A stretch of 63,826 nt of DNA, filler included, from Octopus bimaculoides (lineage: Eukaryota), in the NCBI RefSeq assembly GCF_001194135.2. It is 8 parts of 7 records of this genome, joined end to end, with 100 filler letters (N's around TTAATTAATTAA, not from the genome) between each part and the next. Parts side by side here need not be neighbours in the genome. Positions count along the whole stretch, not along the records: positions 21,531 to 29,372 come from NC_068984.1; positions 29,473 to 40,827 come from NC_068990.1; 6 more parts are not named here. One strand, given 5' to 3'. Below the pieces are notes generated by a model that saw only the letters and a list, made by a program, of their open reading frames with translations, was not told the origin of the DNA and searched no databases. Below, piece after piece: positions 25,579 through 37,998 of this stretch. Position 1 is the stretch's first letter; each line of letters starts with the position of its first letter. The position numbers were made by a program, and so were the translations under genes.

Positions 25579-25781
25579 ATATTCTTTTCTACTCTAGGCA
25601 CAAGGCCAGAAATTTTAGGGGAGGAGGCCAGTCGATTAGATCGACCTCAGTACACAGCTGGTACTTAATTTATCGACCCCGAAAGGACGAAAGGCAAAGT
25701 CGACCTCGGCGGAATTTGAACTCAGAACGTAGCGGCAGGCGAAATAGTGCTAAGCATTTCGTTCGGCGTGCTAACGTTTCT
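25579..25781 (-). mobile_element. SINE family B copy
   Basis: Match to B consensus in window; shares private variants with 26203-26305. Confidence 0.9.
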
Positions 25782-26202
25782 ATTTTTTTTATTACCCACA
25801 AGGGGTTACATANNNNNNNNNNNNNNNNNNNNNNNNNNNNNNNNNNNNNNNNNNNNNNNNNNNNNNNNNNNNNNNNNNNNNNNNNNNNNNNNNNNNNNNN
25901 NNNNNNNNNNNNNNNNNNNNNNNNNNNNNNNNNNNNNNNNNNNNNNNNNNNNNNNNNNNNNNNNNNNNNNNNNNNNNNNNNNNNNNNNNNNNNNNNNNNN
26001 NNNNNNNNNNNNNNNNNNNNNNNNNNNNNNNNNNNNNNNNNNNNNNNNNNNNNNNNNNNNNNNNNNNNNNNNNNNNNNNNNNNNNNNNNNNNNNNNNNNN
26101 NNNNNNNNNNNNNNNNNNNNNNNNNNNNNNNNNNNNNNNNNNNNNNNNNNNNNNNNNNNNNNNNNNNNNNNNNNNNNNNNNNNNNNNNNNNNNNNNNNNN
26201 NN

Positions 26203-26372
26203 CCAGTCGATTAGATCGACCTCAGTACACAGCTGGTACTTAATTTATCGACCCCGAAAGGACGAAAGGCAAAGTCGACCTCGGCGGAATTTGAACTCAG
26301 AACGTAAAGACAGACGAAATACCACAAAGCATTTCGCCCGGCGTGCTAACGTTTCTGCCAGCTCGCCGCCTT
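26203..26372 (-). mobile_element. SINE family B copy
   Basis: Ends GCCAGCTCGCCGCCTT; first ~103 bp identical to 25628-25730. Confidence 0.9.
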
Positions 26373-26784
26373 CGCTACCACTAATATTATCACCTTTACT
26401 TCCTCCTAATGTTACGAACGTTGTTGTAGTTGCTGTTGACGACGATTCTCGCTGCTCTCAATTCAACGCTTCACACATTTCCATTCTCCTGTTGCTCTTT
26501 TCTCTTTCTATTTCTTCTTCTTCTTGCACTTTTTCTTTTTTTCTTTTTTAATGTTTTGCTGTCACTGAGATCTCTAAAACTATCCCTTTACACACATACA
26601 CACACACATTCGGAAAATGAGAGATGGGAAAGAGTGAGGTGGCGGAAGGGGGATGCTGATGATAACACTTTTCCTATGAACGGACCCACACACAAGGAGG
26701 TGGGAGGAGGGGAAATTAGAAATATTCAAACTATCACATTATGCATACACACACGCACACACACACTAGCATGCACGCATTTAT

Positions 26785-26990
26785 TCGTTTACTTGTCTCA
26801 ATCATTTGATTGCGGCCATGCTGGAGCACCGCCTTAAAGGGTTTCTAGTCGAAGAAATCGACCCCAGGACTTATTCTTTGAAAGCCTAGTACATATACTA
26901 TCAGTTGCTTTTGCTGAACTGCTAAGTTACAGGAACGTAAATACTCCAACATTGTTTGTCAATCGATGATGGAGGGGGGATGGGACAACG
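26785..26990 (-). mobile_element. SINE family A tail (head lost in gap)
   Basis: TTTACTTGTCTCAATCATTTGATTGCGGCCATGCTGGAGCACCGCC... Confidence 0.85.
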
Positions 26991-27895
26991 CGCATATACA
27001 TATATATNNNNNNNNNNNNNNNNNNNNNNNNNNNNNNNNNNNNNNNNNNNNNNNNNNNNNNNNNNNNNNNNNNNNNNNNNNNNNNNNNNNNNNNNNNNNN
27101 NNNNNNNNNNNNNNNNNNNNNNNNNNNNNNNNNNNNNNNNNNNNNNNNNNNNNNNNNNNNNNNNNNNNNNNNNNNNNNNNNNNNNNNNNNNNNNNNNNNN
27201 NNNNNNNNNNNNNNNNNNNNNNNNNNNNNNNNNNNNNNNNNNNNNNNNNNNNNNNNNNNNNNNNNNNNNNNNNNNNNNNNNNNNNNNNNNNNNNNNNNNN
27301 NNNNNNNNNNNNNNNNNNNNNNNNNNNNNNNNNNNNNNNNNNNNNNNNNNNNNNNNNNNNNNNNNNNNNNNNNNNNNNNNNNNNNNNNNNNNNNNNNNNN
27401 NNNNNNNNNNNNNNNNNNNNNNNNNNNNNNNNNNNNNNNNNNNNNNNNNNNNNNNNNNNNNNNNNNNNNNNNNNNNNNNNNNNNNNNNNNNNNNNNNNNN
27501 NNNNNNNNNNNNNNNNNNNNNNNNNNNNNNNNNNNNNNNNNNNNNNNNNNNNNNNNNNNNNNNNNNNNNNNNNNNNNNNNNNNNNNNNNNNNNNNNNNNN
27601 NNNNNNNNNNNNNNNNNNNNNNNNNNNNNNNNNNNNNNNNNNNNNNNNNNNNNNNNNNNNNNNNNNNNNNNNATATACATATACAGTGTTTGTAAGTGTG
27701 TGTGTGTTCGTAGGCGCGTCTGTGTCTGCTCGTTTGTATTTGTGTGAATAAATGCATATGTAGACATGTGAGAGTGTTGCTTTAATATTTACATCTTTTG
27801 CAAGATTTAGAAAATATAATAATGTGAGTAGAACTTGGTATTTGAGTCACTTGGTTAAAGTAATGTCATTATACTCTTTTGTGTTTATATACATA

Positions 27896-27951
<56 letters not shown>

Positions 27952-28399
27952 AAAATATTCTTCACTGAGGAGGTGTGAAAATACCGAAACATATCCATTC
28001 TTTCAATCAAATCGTTTAAAAAACCATATGACTCCCATTCTACATTTCCGAAAATTTCAGTCAAGTGATTTTATTAGAGTTATCTTACTTGTTTGTTACT
28101 TTCAAATTGTAAGCCCTTGGGGGAAATTTTTGTCTAGTTAGAGTATGGATATTCTCAGATGATCAAATTTTTTCTACCATTTATATTACGTATGTTAGAG
28201 ACTGTATCATATACGTGTGTTTGTGTGTATGTATATATGTGTATATATATGTGTGTGTATATGTATGTATGTATGTAAGAAAGAGCGATATATGTATGTG
28301 TATATATATATACACGTACATACACACACACACACACTCACACACACAGACACAGACACACACGTATTCCCTCCCGGTCATTTCAAAATGTAACCACAT

Positions 28400-28580
28400 G
28401 TGAATCGTTGGTGATTTTCTTCCCCCGTCTTCCTTTCCTCTGCACTTTCCTCTGTTTCCGAAGAAGAGCGTCTGCTCGAAACGTTAGACCACCTTTCTTT
28501 CCTTCCCTGAGTGTTTGCTAATATATTACATGTACCACATCCTCGCGTTGTTGAGTTTTCTGTGTTTGTTCTTTTTGGGA
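28400..28580 (+). mobile_element. Non-autonomous PLE-terminal-repeat-like element carrying a minimal hammerhead (28454-28489)
   Basis: GTTT-CCGAAGA-A-GAGCgtctGCTC-GAA-ACGT-T-AGAC; related to 63455-63615; abuts (TA)n. Confidence 0.65.
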
Positions 28581-28699
28581 GTTACTATATATATAGATAT
28601 AGATATATATATATATGTGTGTGTGTGTGTGCGCGTGTGTGTGTGTATGTATGTATGTATGTATGTATGTATGTATGTATGTATTGCTGAAATTTAAGA

Positions 28700-28862
28700 A
28701 AAACAAAAGTCGAAGACAGGTGTATGAACAAGTAGGTGTATTAGTTTCACGGTCGGGAAAGTGAAAAAGTCTTTACGTTTCAAGCTTACGCTCTCCAGAA
28801 AGGAATAAGAGAAAATAAACAGAGAGAGTAAAAAAAATTGTGGATTTAGCGGCCAAGCATGG
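28700..28862 (-). mobile_element. Degenerate copy of the 63455-63615 element
   Basis: Reverse complement reads CTTTCTGGAGAGCGTAAGCTTGAAACGTAAAGAC...CTAATACACC...ACACCTGTCTTCG, colinear with 63490-63590. Confidence 0.7.
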
Positions 28863-28886
28863 CGTTTGCAGGTATGGATGTTAAAA

Positions 28887-28925
<39 letters not shown>

Positions 28926-28928
<3 letters not shown>

Positions 28929-29102
28929 TGTAGATAATAATAATGGTATTTTTTATATAAGCTTAAAGCTTATGGTGATTACCGTGCAATGACTAATGAA
29001 AATAGTCTAATAAAGGGGCATATAAGCCCTCGACAGAAAAAAAGAAGGCTTTCCTATAAGCTTTAGGCTTATATGAAAATACCATTATTATTATTTATAG
29101 GA
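28926..29102. mobile_element. Foldback element beside (TA)n with ~47-bp inverted arms
   Basis: 28926-28973 pairs with 29056-29102 with about 4 mismatches. Confidence 0.85.
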
Positions 29103-29341
29103 TTGTAAAAACAGCGCCGTATAAAAGAACCGTTCGCACCTAAAGCATATATATATATTCGTCGAAACGCCGGTGTTAAAACGTGGGTGGCTGATGAAGG
29201 AGAATGTTCTCTATGTGGCTCGTGTGTTCTCGTCTACGTTTGTTTGCAATGTCCTGTACCCAGATATGCACCTATACATACAGGTGGATGTCGGTATGCA
29301 CATACCTGTACGTACATATGCATATACTCATTTACCATTTG

Positions 29342-29372
<31 letters not shown>

Positions 29373-29474
29373 NNNNNNNNNNNNNNNNNNNNNNNNNNNN
29401 NNNNNNNNNNNNNNNNTTAATTAATTAANNNNNNNNNNNNNNNNNNNNNNNNNNNNNNNNNNNNNNNNNNNNTG

Positions 29475-29526
<52 letters not shown>

Positions 29527-30729
29527 AATATTTCAGGTTACATCTTCGGCGAGTTCCGAAATGACAATGTAACATTCGTGTATTAAAGGTATCTTGAGCC
29601 GGATTAGTATCTAGCTGAATACCCTCGTTGAGTAATTGGATTTTATCTGTTCTACTTCCTCAGTTCTGATTTTTATACATACTAGCTGACCCTGTGCCAT
29701 CAAGAATGATGGCTAATTGTAGTATTTTATAAATAAATAAGGTATAAAATAAGGTACGTAATAATAACAGATACAAATATTCACATACTTCCCTTGTACA
29801 TGCACACACATACTTGCATATACTCAAATAGAGTTGAAATGCTGTTTGATTTTTCTTTTCAGCTTTGAACGTTCACCATCCCAGTTCCATTGCGCATGCA
29901 CACTCTCTCCCCCCATCCCCCCACTCTCCCCCCCACACACAAACACACATACACAAGTATTCACATACCTCCCTTCTACATACACTTATACTCATACAGA
30001 GTTGAAACGCTGATTTTTTTCACCCTTTCCCTCGATATTCATCTATCACTCCTTCTTTCTCATTCATATGTTGTGACGGAGAAAGACNNNNNNNNNNNNN
30101 NNNNNNNNNNNNNNNNNNNNNNNNNNNNNNNNNNNNNNNNNNNNNNNNNNNNNNNNNNNNNNNNNNNNNNNNNNNNNNNNNNNNNNNNNNNNNNNNNNNN
30201 NNNNNNNNNNNNNNNNNNNNNNNNNNNNNNNNNNNNNNNNNNNNNNNNNNNNNNNNNNNNNNNNNNNNNNNNNNNNNNNNNNNNNNNNNNNNNNNATATA
30301 TATATATATATATATATAAATATATAAAAACACTACGCTCATTACTATATTAGTCTAATGTTTCCACTGTTTTAAAATGGAATACTTTTTTAAAGACTGA
30401 TTTAGCTGCTAGGTGTAGCAACCATATAATTCCCTTTCACAGATTCCCTGATGTAAATGGAAAGATTTGCACGATGTAAAAAAAATAAAATCACAACGTT
30501 TATGAGAGATAGATGTTAAATTCGCTATCATGGATAAAGAGGAATATAATACAAAAAATTAACAAAGCAAATTTATAAGGATTCCAAAAATGTTTAACTG
30601 AATAAACTAATTCCAAATGATTGCTGAACATCTAAGCAACGTTATCCAACCACACACTACGGAGATAAATTGAATAATGTAATCCGAAGAGATCCTAGTG
30701 ATTTTAGAACAAAGCAAAGAAATATGCAG

Positions 30730-31130
30730 CACTTCCACGTGAGGAGTGTAACTCTGCTTACCAAAGTTCCATCCACAGAAACTATATTAAATGATGTACG
30801 CAAACACCCAAGAACAAAGCCACAAGTGAAAGCAAGTCATATATTCACATATTCACGGAAGTTGAAGCATATATAGATCCTCCTTTGGTGTCCATGCGTT
30901 ACGTGGCCACAATAGAGTATATAGTTCCATCAAGAAGTAAGCATACGATACATAGGATGTATGTAGAAAATATACTAGTCATATTGGAAGCATTGGATGA
31001 CGTCGAGAAATTAAAAGACGACATACAAGACGTCGATGTGCTAAAATTCAACCTGATCTTTAGACATAAAGATCTTGGCAACACAAGGATTCATTTTCCA
31101 GGCATAAATATTAAAATACAAAGAACAAGT
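30730..31130 (+). pseudogene. Degenerate Penelope-like reverse transcriptase
   Basis: VRSVTLLTKVPSTETILNDVRKHP (cf. SLDVESLFTNVPxxETI), IDPPLVSMRYVATIE (cf. MGSPL..), HRMYVENILVIL..DDVEKLK....VLKF (cf. RYVDDIF..LKF), IHFPGINIKI (cf. IPFLDVxI); motifs are in the correct order. Confidence 0.7.
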
Positions 31131-31880
31131 GCATCACTTAAGTTTGGGGCAAATAAATCATGAAACTCGAATGCCTACAAGAAAACAAAGATCATCCAAG
31201 CAGCTACAAAATACCAGAGATAAAATCCTTATTTAGAAAAGTATTTAGATTTTCTGCCTCAACCAAAGCACTAAATAAAGAATCCCAAAAATAAAATAAA
31301 AACTAGTCTGCAACGGAAATTCTAGCAAACTAACACGCCAAACATAGAATGAACCAAGAAAAGGAGGCAAAAAATATATCAGATATAACATCTGTTAAAA
31401 ATACACAAACCACACATAATGTGTATCACCGGAACTATATGCAGATAAATTACAGAATACCTGAACATATAATGAAAAATATCGTAAGACAGCACAGAAT
31501 ACATTTCATTAAACGATAAGTAAGCACAATATACAAAACACTAAAATAAAACCGACGTTACCAACAATAAAAAATTACGCTCAGTATGGAAACCTGTGGA
31601 CAAATAACTAACGAGCAATCTGATATATCGAGTTAGATGTAAATGTGGGCTTCCTGTCTTCATCTGTTATACTGACAATATAGGTAAATATGACATGCAT
31701 CTATATTTACATAACTCAGGATAAAAGTTTCCTTCTACTTCCTTTACTCTTAAGCCCTCAAAATGTAGTTGAAGGAGGTTATTTGTGAATAAACTCTAGG
31801 CGTGAACCTTGTTAATCCGTGGACATGTACTGAATATAAAGTAAAAACTTCTTTAACAAATTAAATGAAAAAAAATTAAA

Positions 31881-32255
31881 AACAAGAGCACTCAGAGAGC
31901 GCAAACATCCGCCACGACAACATCAACGTACTCTCAACGAATAGCCAGAAATGATTTTTTAAATGAGAATATCTGAAATGAACTCGACTGCTCTCGCAAA
32001 CGAGAATGCTAAAATGAACCCGACCGCTCTCAAAAATTAAGTAAATAAAAAACCGGAAAAATAATCCAGAATCCTTGTCCGGTACCGAATCGATCTGAAA
32101 ACCTAATCACTTCGTCCCAGTCACGAGGCCAAACATCCCTGAAAGTTTCACCCGAATCTATCCAGCTGTTCTTGAGATATCTTGTCCACGGACAAACAAA
32201 CAAACAAACACGACTGAAAACAATACATCTGCCTTCGAAAAGGTGGAGGTAATAA
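31881..32255 (-). mobile_element. DINE-1/Helentron-like non-autonomous element (family H), full length
   Basis: Minus strand: terminal hairpin (ACCTCCACCTT...GGCAGATGT, imperfect), (GTTT)n, GACAAGATATCTCAAGAAC; short sub-terminal repeat near the other end; second full copy at 55967-56335. Confidence 0.65.
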
Positions 32256-32519
32256 TGAAAAGTAAATATACAATAAATGAAACATATATAAAATACACAA
32301 AGCACAGTTTTATTATATATTCTCAATTTCAAAATTTTCTGTGGTGTGCCACTATTTGGGTGTATTGATTTAACCTTCCATTTCATATGCAATGGGTGAG
32401 TTAGCTATTTGAAATAAGTTTTATGATCAAAGCTTTTCTCACGACTATTGATAAATAAAATGTAACAAAATTTCCGAGTCTTTTTGGGTCTTTAAAAATC
32501 AAAGGAATGAATTACGGTA

Positions 32520-32720
32520 TCAGCTAAAGAATTGGTGCAAAATTTAGGCCTTACGCAAATGACAGCAAAAGGATGTGGCCGCTGCTCAGCTGAGAAATTG
32601 CTAAGCTTAAACAATTCACTGGAACCTGAGAAATTTTAAAAAGCCAAATCAGAATCAATCCGTAAAGGTAAACATGCTGATAAATCCATTTACGTAATGG
32701 AACAGCGCGCGCCTTTATAT
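32520..32720 (+). pseudogene. C-terminal relic of a PLE GIY-YIG-associated domain
   Basis: RIGAKFRPYANDSKR plus (1-nt shift) CGRCSAEKLLSL resembles the PYxNxxKRCxLCLxEKxxI C-terminal signature of PLE ORFs. Confidence 0.5.
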
Positions 32721-32722
32721 AT

Positions 32723-32809
<87 letters not shown>

Positions 32810-32882
32810 NNNNNNNNNNNNNNNNNNNNNNNNNNNNNNNNNNNNNNNNNNNNNNNNNNNNNNNNNNNNNNNNNNNNNNNNN

Positions 32883-32918
<36 letters not shown>

Positions 32919-33395
32919 GTATCTTGTTGATGTACTGAAATTATGTTGGTTGACATGATTAGCTGACGAGTTTAAGGCGACCAAATGACACTTGGATGTG
33001 TAAGGGGACTTTTCAGCACTCTGCACTCATATGAAAGCCCTTGGAGCAGATCTCGTTCCTGAAAATTATAAATTTCCTATTTATTCTCATTAATCTTAGT
33101 GGTGCTGCAAAAAGATTACGTGCATAGCTCATCCGGTTTTGAATTGAGCCAAAAAAAAAAAAAATCAATTGCGTATCAAATAAAGGATTGTGATTTCATT
33201 TCAAAATAATACGATGTCATCAGCACCGACATGTATTTACCAAACACAAGCAGAACCTTCACCACCAGTATCACCAAACTGAGTAACTTCCAGACATCAC
33301 ATACACTCTACAGCTATCTATTTCTATAGTGCAAAAAGTATGTTATACATGCATACATACATACATACATACATACATGCATACATACATATGCA

Positions 33396-33444
<49 letters not shown>

Positions 33445-34078
33445 NNNNNNNNNNATATATATATATATATATATATACACACGCATATATATAAACAAAT
33501 ATATATATGTATACACGCATACATGTGTACATATATAGATATATATGACATGTTTGTATGAATATATATATATATATATATATATATACATGTGTGTGTG
33601 TTTGTGTGTGTGTAGAATCCACCTCGTCACGTGACCCTTTAAACAAATATCTCACTATTTTTCTCTCTATTTGACTTACACTTATAACAAGGTATATCTG
33701 CATTCTAGCAGTTCCCTCCCTCTCTCGCTCTTTCTCTCTCTCGCTCTTTCTCTCTCTCGCTCTTTCTCTCTCTCGCTCTTTCTCTCTCTCTCCAGGACAC
33801 ACACACATATATATGAAAATATATATACATATATATATCTATGCATGTGTATGTGTGCGTGCGTGCGTATGTGTGCGTGTGGGTGCGCGTGTGCGTGTGT
33901 GTGTGTGTGTTTGTGTGTGTATTAGTGCAAGTAGTGTTTAGAAATTTGTCACTCGTAGAAATCTAATATTGATATTACACAAAAGAAGAGGCTTAATTAC
34001 CTGACAAATGCAATTCTTTTCAATATATTTATTCCTACATCAATCCTTTCTTTCGTTATTTCTACTAATACTGTTTCT

Positions 34079-34125
<47 letters not shown>

Positions 34126-34557
34126 GTTAGTCCTGTACCAAATAATATGCAGAAAATCACAGATAGAAAGCAGAATTAGCGTATCAGAATCGTCATTCAC
34201 CCGACTCGCCTCAATATAGAACAAGGTGTAATGATGATAAATGGCCTCTGTAAATAAGTGATGGAAAAAACATTCTGCAAAGTAGCTCACAAACTCTATA
34301 TTCATTAAAAAAACAAAAAAAACATGTAAGAAACATTTTATGCCCAGACATTCCTTGTAAATCTGTCTCTATGGAGAAATAAAATTATTCACTAGAGAAG
34401 GTTATAGAATGTTTGGTAATAAATGATTCTATCTCTTTTGATAGCTACGTAATGTCACTCCCCATGTATATATATGTGTGTATGCACGTATGTAAGCTTG
34501 TGTGTATATGTGTATGCACACATGCATGAATACAAAAGTATATATAATATATATATG

Positions 34558-34975
34558 AGGCGCAGGTGTGGTTGTGTGGTAAGAAACTTGCTTCCCAACC
34601 ATGTCGTTCCGGATTCAGTCCACTGCGTGGCATCTGGGACAAGTGTCTCCTACTACAACCCTGGGCCAACCAAATCTTTGTGAGTTGATCTGGTAGAAGA
34701 AAACTGAAAGAAGCCCATCGAAAATATATATGTGTGTGTGTGTATGTACATGTTTGTGTGTGTGTTTGTGTTTGTCGTCCCTCCTGCCATCGCTTGACAA
34801 TCGATGCTGGTGTGGCTATGTCCCTGTAGCTTAACGGTTCAGCAAAAGGGACAGAATGTGTACTAGGCTTACAAAGAATAAGTCTTGGGGTCGATTTGTT
34901 CGTCTAAAACCCTTCATGGCCGTGCTCCAGCATGGCTGCAGACAAATGACTGAAACACATATAAGAATAAAATAA
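34558..34975 (+). mobile_element. SINE family A, full length, diverged
   Basis: AGGCGCAGGTGTGGTTGTGTGGTAAG head, internal (TG)n, tail ending GACTGAAACAC...AGAATAAAAT. Confidence 0.9.
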
Positions 34976-35499
34976 AATATATATATATACACATAAATTA
35001 AGAGGGAGAGAGATAGAGATGTCCACAGAAGACAAAAATGTGTACTATAACAGTTACTCTACGACTTTACCATATTAAGAATTTAGTAGATAATCCTGTG
35101 TGTCTGATTTCGACTCCACGGTACAGAACACCTGGCTTTGAGTTTTCTACCATAACTGTATGTCAACGATGGGACAAGGAAGAATCCACTAAGTGATGGC
35201 TTGATGTGTTAAAATCGGCAGTCAAATCACTCTTTGAAATATCATAGCAAAAAAGCAAACGCAAAAAATACAAAACAAAAACAAGCACTGTATAATGGAG
35301 TCATACATGTAATGAGTCAAAACAAGAAAACGGGGTAATTCCGTCTCGATCGCTTCTGACCAAAAGTTTGTTTAATCAAAATATACTTGGAGCCAAACAA
35401 CAGGAAGAACAACAGCAATAAATACTACTAAAATGCTAACAATAATATTTGATGTAAGGAGACTTCTATGCTATTTCCATCTTGTCAATGTTCCGAGTT

Positions 35500-36345
35500 T
35501 GAGCTACTTCCTGGAGAGTTCCGGGGATGGGACTTCCTGTAAAGTTCCGAGACTAACCTACTTTCGGGAAAGTTTCGAGGACTTCTTGTAAAATTCCGAG
35601 GACTATCTGGAAAGTCCTATGGTCGAGCTACTTCCTGGAAAATTCGGACGATGGAACTTCATGGAAAATCCCGAGGATGAACTACCTACTGGAATGTTGA
35701 ACATTCCCTCTTCGCCTTCCTCTTCCATCCTTTCCCCCCTCAAATCCCCCTCTCTGGAATGTTGAACATTCCTTCCACACCTTCCTCCCCTGCCCTCCAC
35801 AAATCCCTCTTTCTGGAATGTTGAACATTCATTCCACCCCTTCCTCCCATTCCCCTCAAATCCCCCTCTCTGGAATGTTGAACATTCCTTCCACACCTTC
35901 CTCCCCTGCCCTCCACAAATCCCTCTTTCTNNNNNNNNNNACTTCTTGTAAAATTCCGAGGACTATCTGGAAAGTCCTATGGTCGAGCTACTTCCTGGAA
36001 AATTCGGACGATGGAACTTCATGGAAAATCCCGAGGATGAACTACCTACTGGAATGTTGAACATTCCCTCTTCGCCTTCCTCTTCCATCCTTTCCCCCCT
36101 CAAATCCCCCTCTCTGGAATGTTGAACATTCCTTCCTCCCCTTCATCCGCTTTCCTCCCTCAGATCCTCCTCCCTTGAATGTTCAACATTTATTCCTCCC
36201 CTTCCTCCCCTTCCCCCCTCAAATCCCCCTCTTTGGAATGTTGAACATTCCTTCCTCCCTTTTCTTCCCTTCCCTCCTTAAATCCCCCCTCTGGAATGTT
36301 GAACCTTCCTTCCTTCCCTTCCGAGGATGGGACTTCCTGGAAAGT
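35500..36345. repeat. Compound minisatellite: ~20-bp GGACTTCCTGGAAAG-type units plus 57-65-bp units with the palindrome GGAATGTT-G-AACATTCC
   Basis: Palindromes at 35691, 35756, 35815, 35872 and again after the 10-N gap; 35581-~35775 recurs at 35941-~36135. Confidence 0.9.
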
Positions 36346-36442
36346 TATAGATTATGCCTAACAAAAAACGATCACAACCACATCATCCAAACAGGCCGGG
36401 TGAAACCTGGTTTAGCTGCTAGTCTATATATCTATCTATCTA

Positions 36443-36478
<36 letters not shown>

Positions 36479-37254
36479 TGTGTGTATGTATGTATGGTCG
36501 TCAGCCGTTTCTCGTGTCCGAGATTTTCCATTTCCTCCTGACAGAGAGATTCCTCCGTTTTGGATGCGTTGTTGACTAAGAAGGGCAATATTCGCGTGAA
36601 ATAAGGTGGTTATTGAGATATCAAGTAAGAGATAGACGAGGACAAGATTGTTATTGTTGTTGCACCTTGCGTTGCTTATGCTTTCCTTGTTTTCTTTTTC
36701 TTTTAAACTCAAAAGTTCAACTCCGGTGTAAATGAACCCATACCGTTTCAAAAGGTTCTGATCCTCAGTTTCAGTTATTGGGAAGTCCCAGCTGACAGAA
36801 TGCCTCTGACCTATGCCTAGTGTCTTCTGGCTTGCAACGCTAGTATAACATTTCCTGTTGCTTTGATTGTAGTGTGTGCTTACATCTCTGCTTAGTTTGC
36901 TTCTTTTTTTTGAAATCGTCATCATTTTTCCTTTGTTCATTTTTTTCAGTAATCCCTCTAAATTCAGGTTTCATATTTGTCCTTACCACCTTTATAGTCA
37001 GCTCATTTTTCTCTCTCCTACAATTTAGCCAGATTGAATCCGTGCAAATGAATCGATACAAAAATATAAAATACCAAGAGACAACAGGTACAGTTTACCC
37101 CTAAAGTAACAGAGGTAGACACTCACATTTTCCAAGGTCCTTTGTCGATTAAATGAGACAAAAAAAAAATTCTTTCTAATCAAAATGATTGCGATGAATA
37201 ATTTTTTTTATCAGTGCGCCGATCAAACATCTATTCACGGCAAACAACAAATGA

Positions 37255-37478
37255 TAATATCCTTTCTACTAAAGGAACAAAACCTGGAGTTTGGGGGTGG
37301 GGAGGGGACTAGTAGATTACATCAATCCTAGAGAAACACTGGTACTTAATTTATTGACCCCGAAATGATGAAAGGCAAAGTCGACCTCGGTAGAATTTGA
37401 ACTCAGAACGTAATGACAGACGAAATAGCGGTAAGCATTTTACTCGGCATGCTAACAATTCTAACAGCTCACCGTCTT
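37255..37478 (-). mobile_element. SINE family B copy
   Basis: CTGGTACTTAATTTATTGACCCCGAAATGATGAAAGGCAAAGTCGACCTCGG... Confidence 0.88.
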
Positions 37479-37957
37479 AACAACAGTAATAATTTCAATG
37501 ATAACTAATATAAATTGTATTAGCAACAGTAATAATATCTTACATAAGAACAGAGTCAAACATTTTTTGGGGAAGGGAATAACCGATAGTATCGACCCGA
37601 ATACAGGCTAATTTTTTTTGTATCGCCCCCAGAGGCAAATTTAAGTTTAGTGGGACTTGAACTCAGAACCTAAAGATTCTGAACAAATACTACAGGCCCG
37701 TTGTTTCCTGTAACTTAACTTGCTATCTGGTAATTAGTAATAATAATTATCATTTCGTTTGATGATAATAATGACGTTTGTTGTGATGATGATGAGGAGG
37801 AGGAGGAGGAGGAAGAGGAGGAAGAAGAGGAAGAGGATGAAAATGATGATCATGATTTGTAATATTATCTCACGAAAAATGATGATTCATATTGATTGCA
37901 TACGGACACACAGAGACACAGACAGACACATGTACACGCACACACACACACACACAC

Positions 37958-37998
<41 letters not shown>

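Noticed and set aside
29200-29240. Hammerhead at CTGATGAAGGAGAATGTTCTC
   Set aside because: A hairpin follows CUGAUGA but no GAAA or stem III follows it.
35691-36310. CRISPR-like array (palindromic repeats with spacers)
   Set aside because: Spacers are mutually similar pyrimidine-rich sequences, the context is eukaryotic, and there are no cas genes; it is a minisatellite.
36440-36940. 166-aa minus-strand ORF
   Set aside because: Low-complexity ends (poly-N, HTYI), no domain similarity recognised, no clear splice structure.
37029-37087. Possible exon with PTP-like NRYKNI
   Set aside because: Good pyrimidine tract but weak donor, and the motif does not continue as ILPYD; likely chance.
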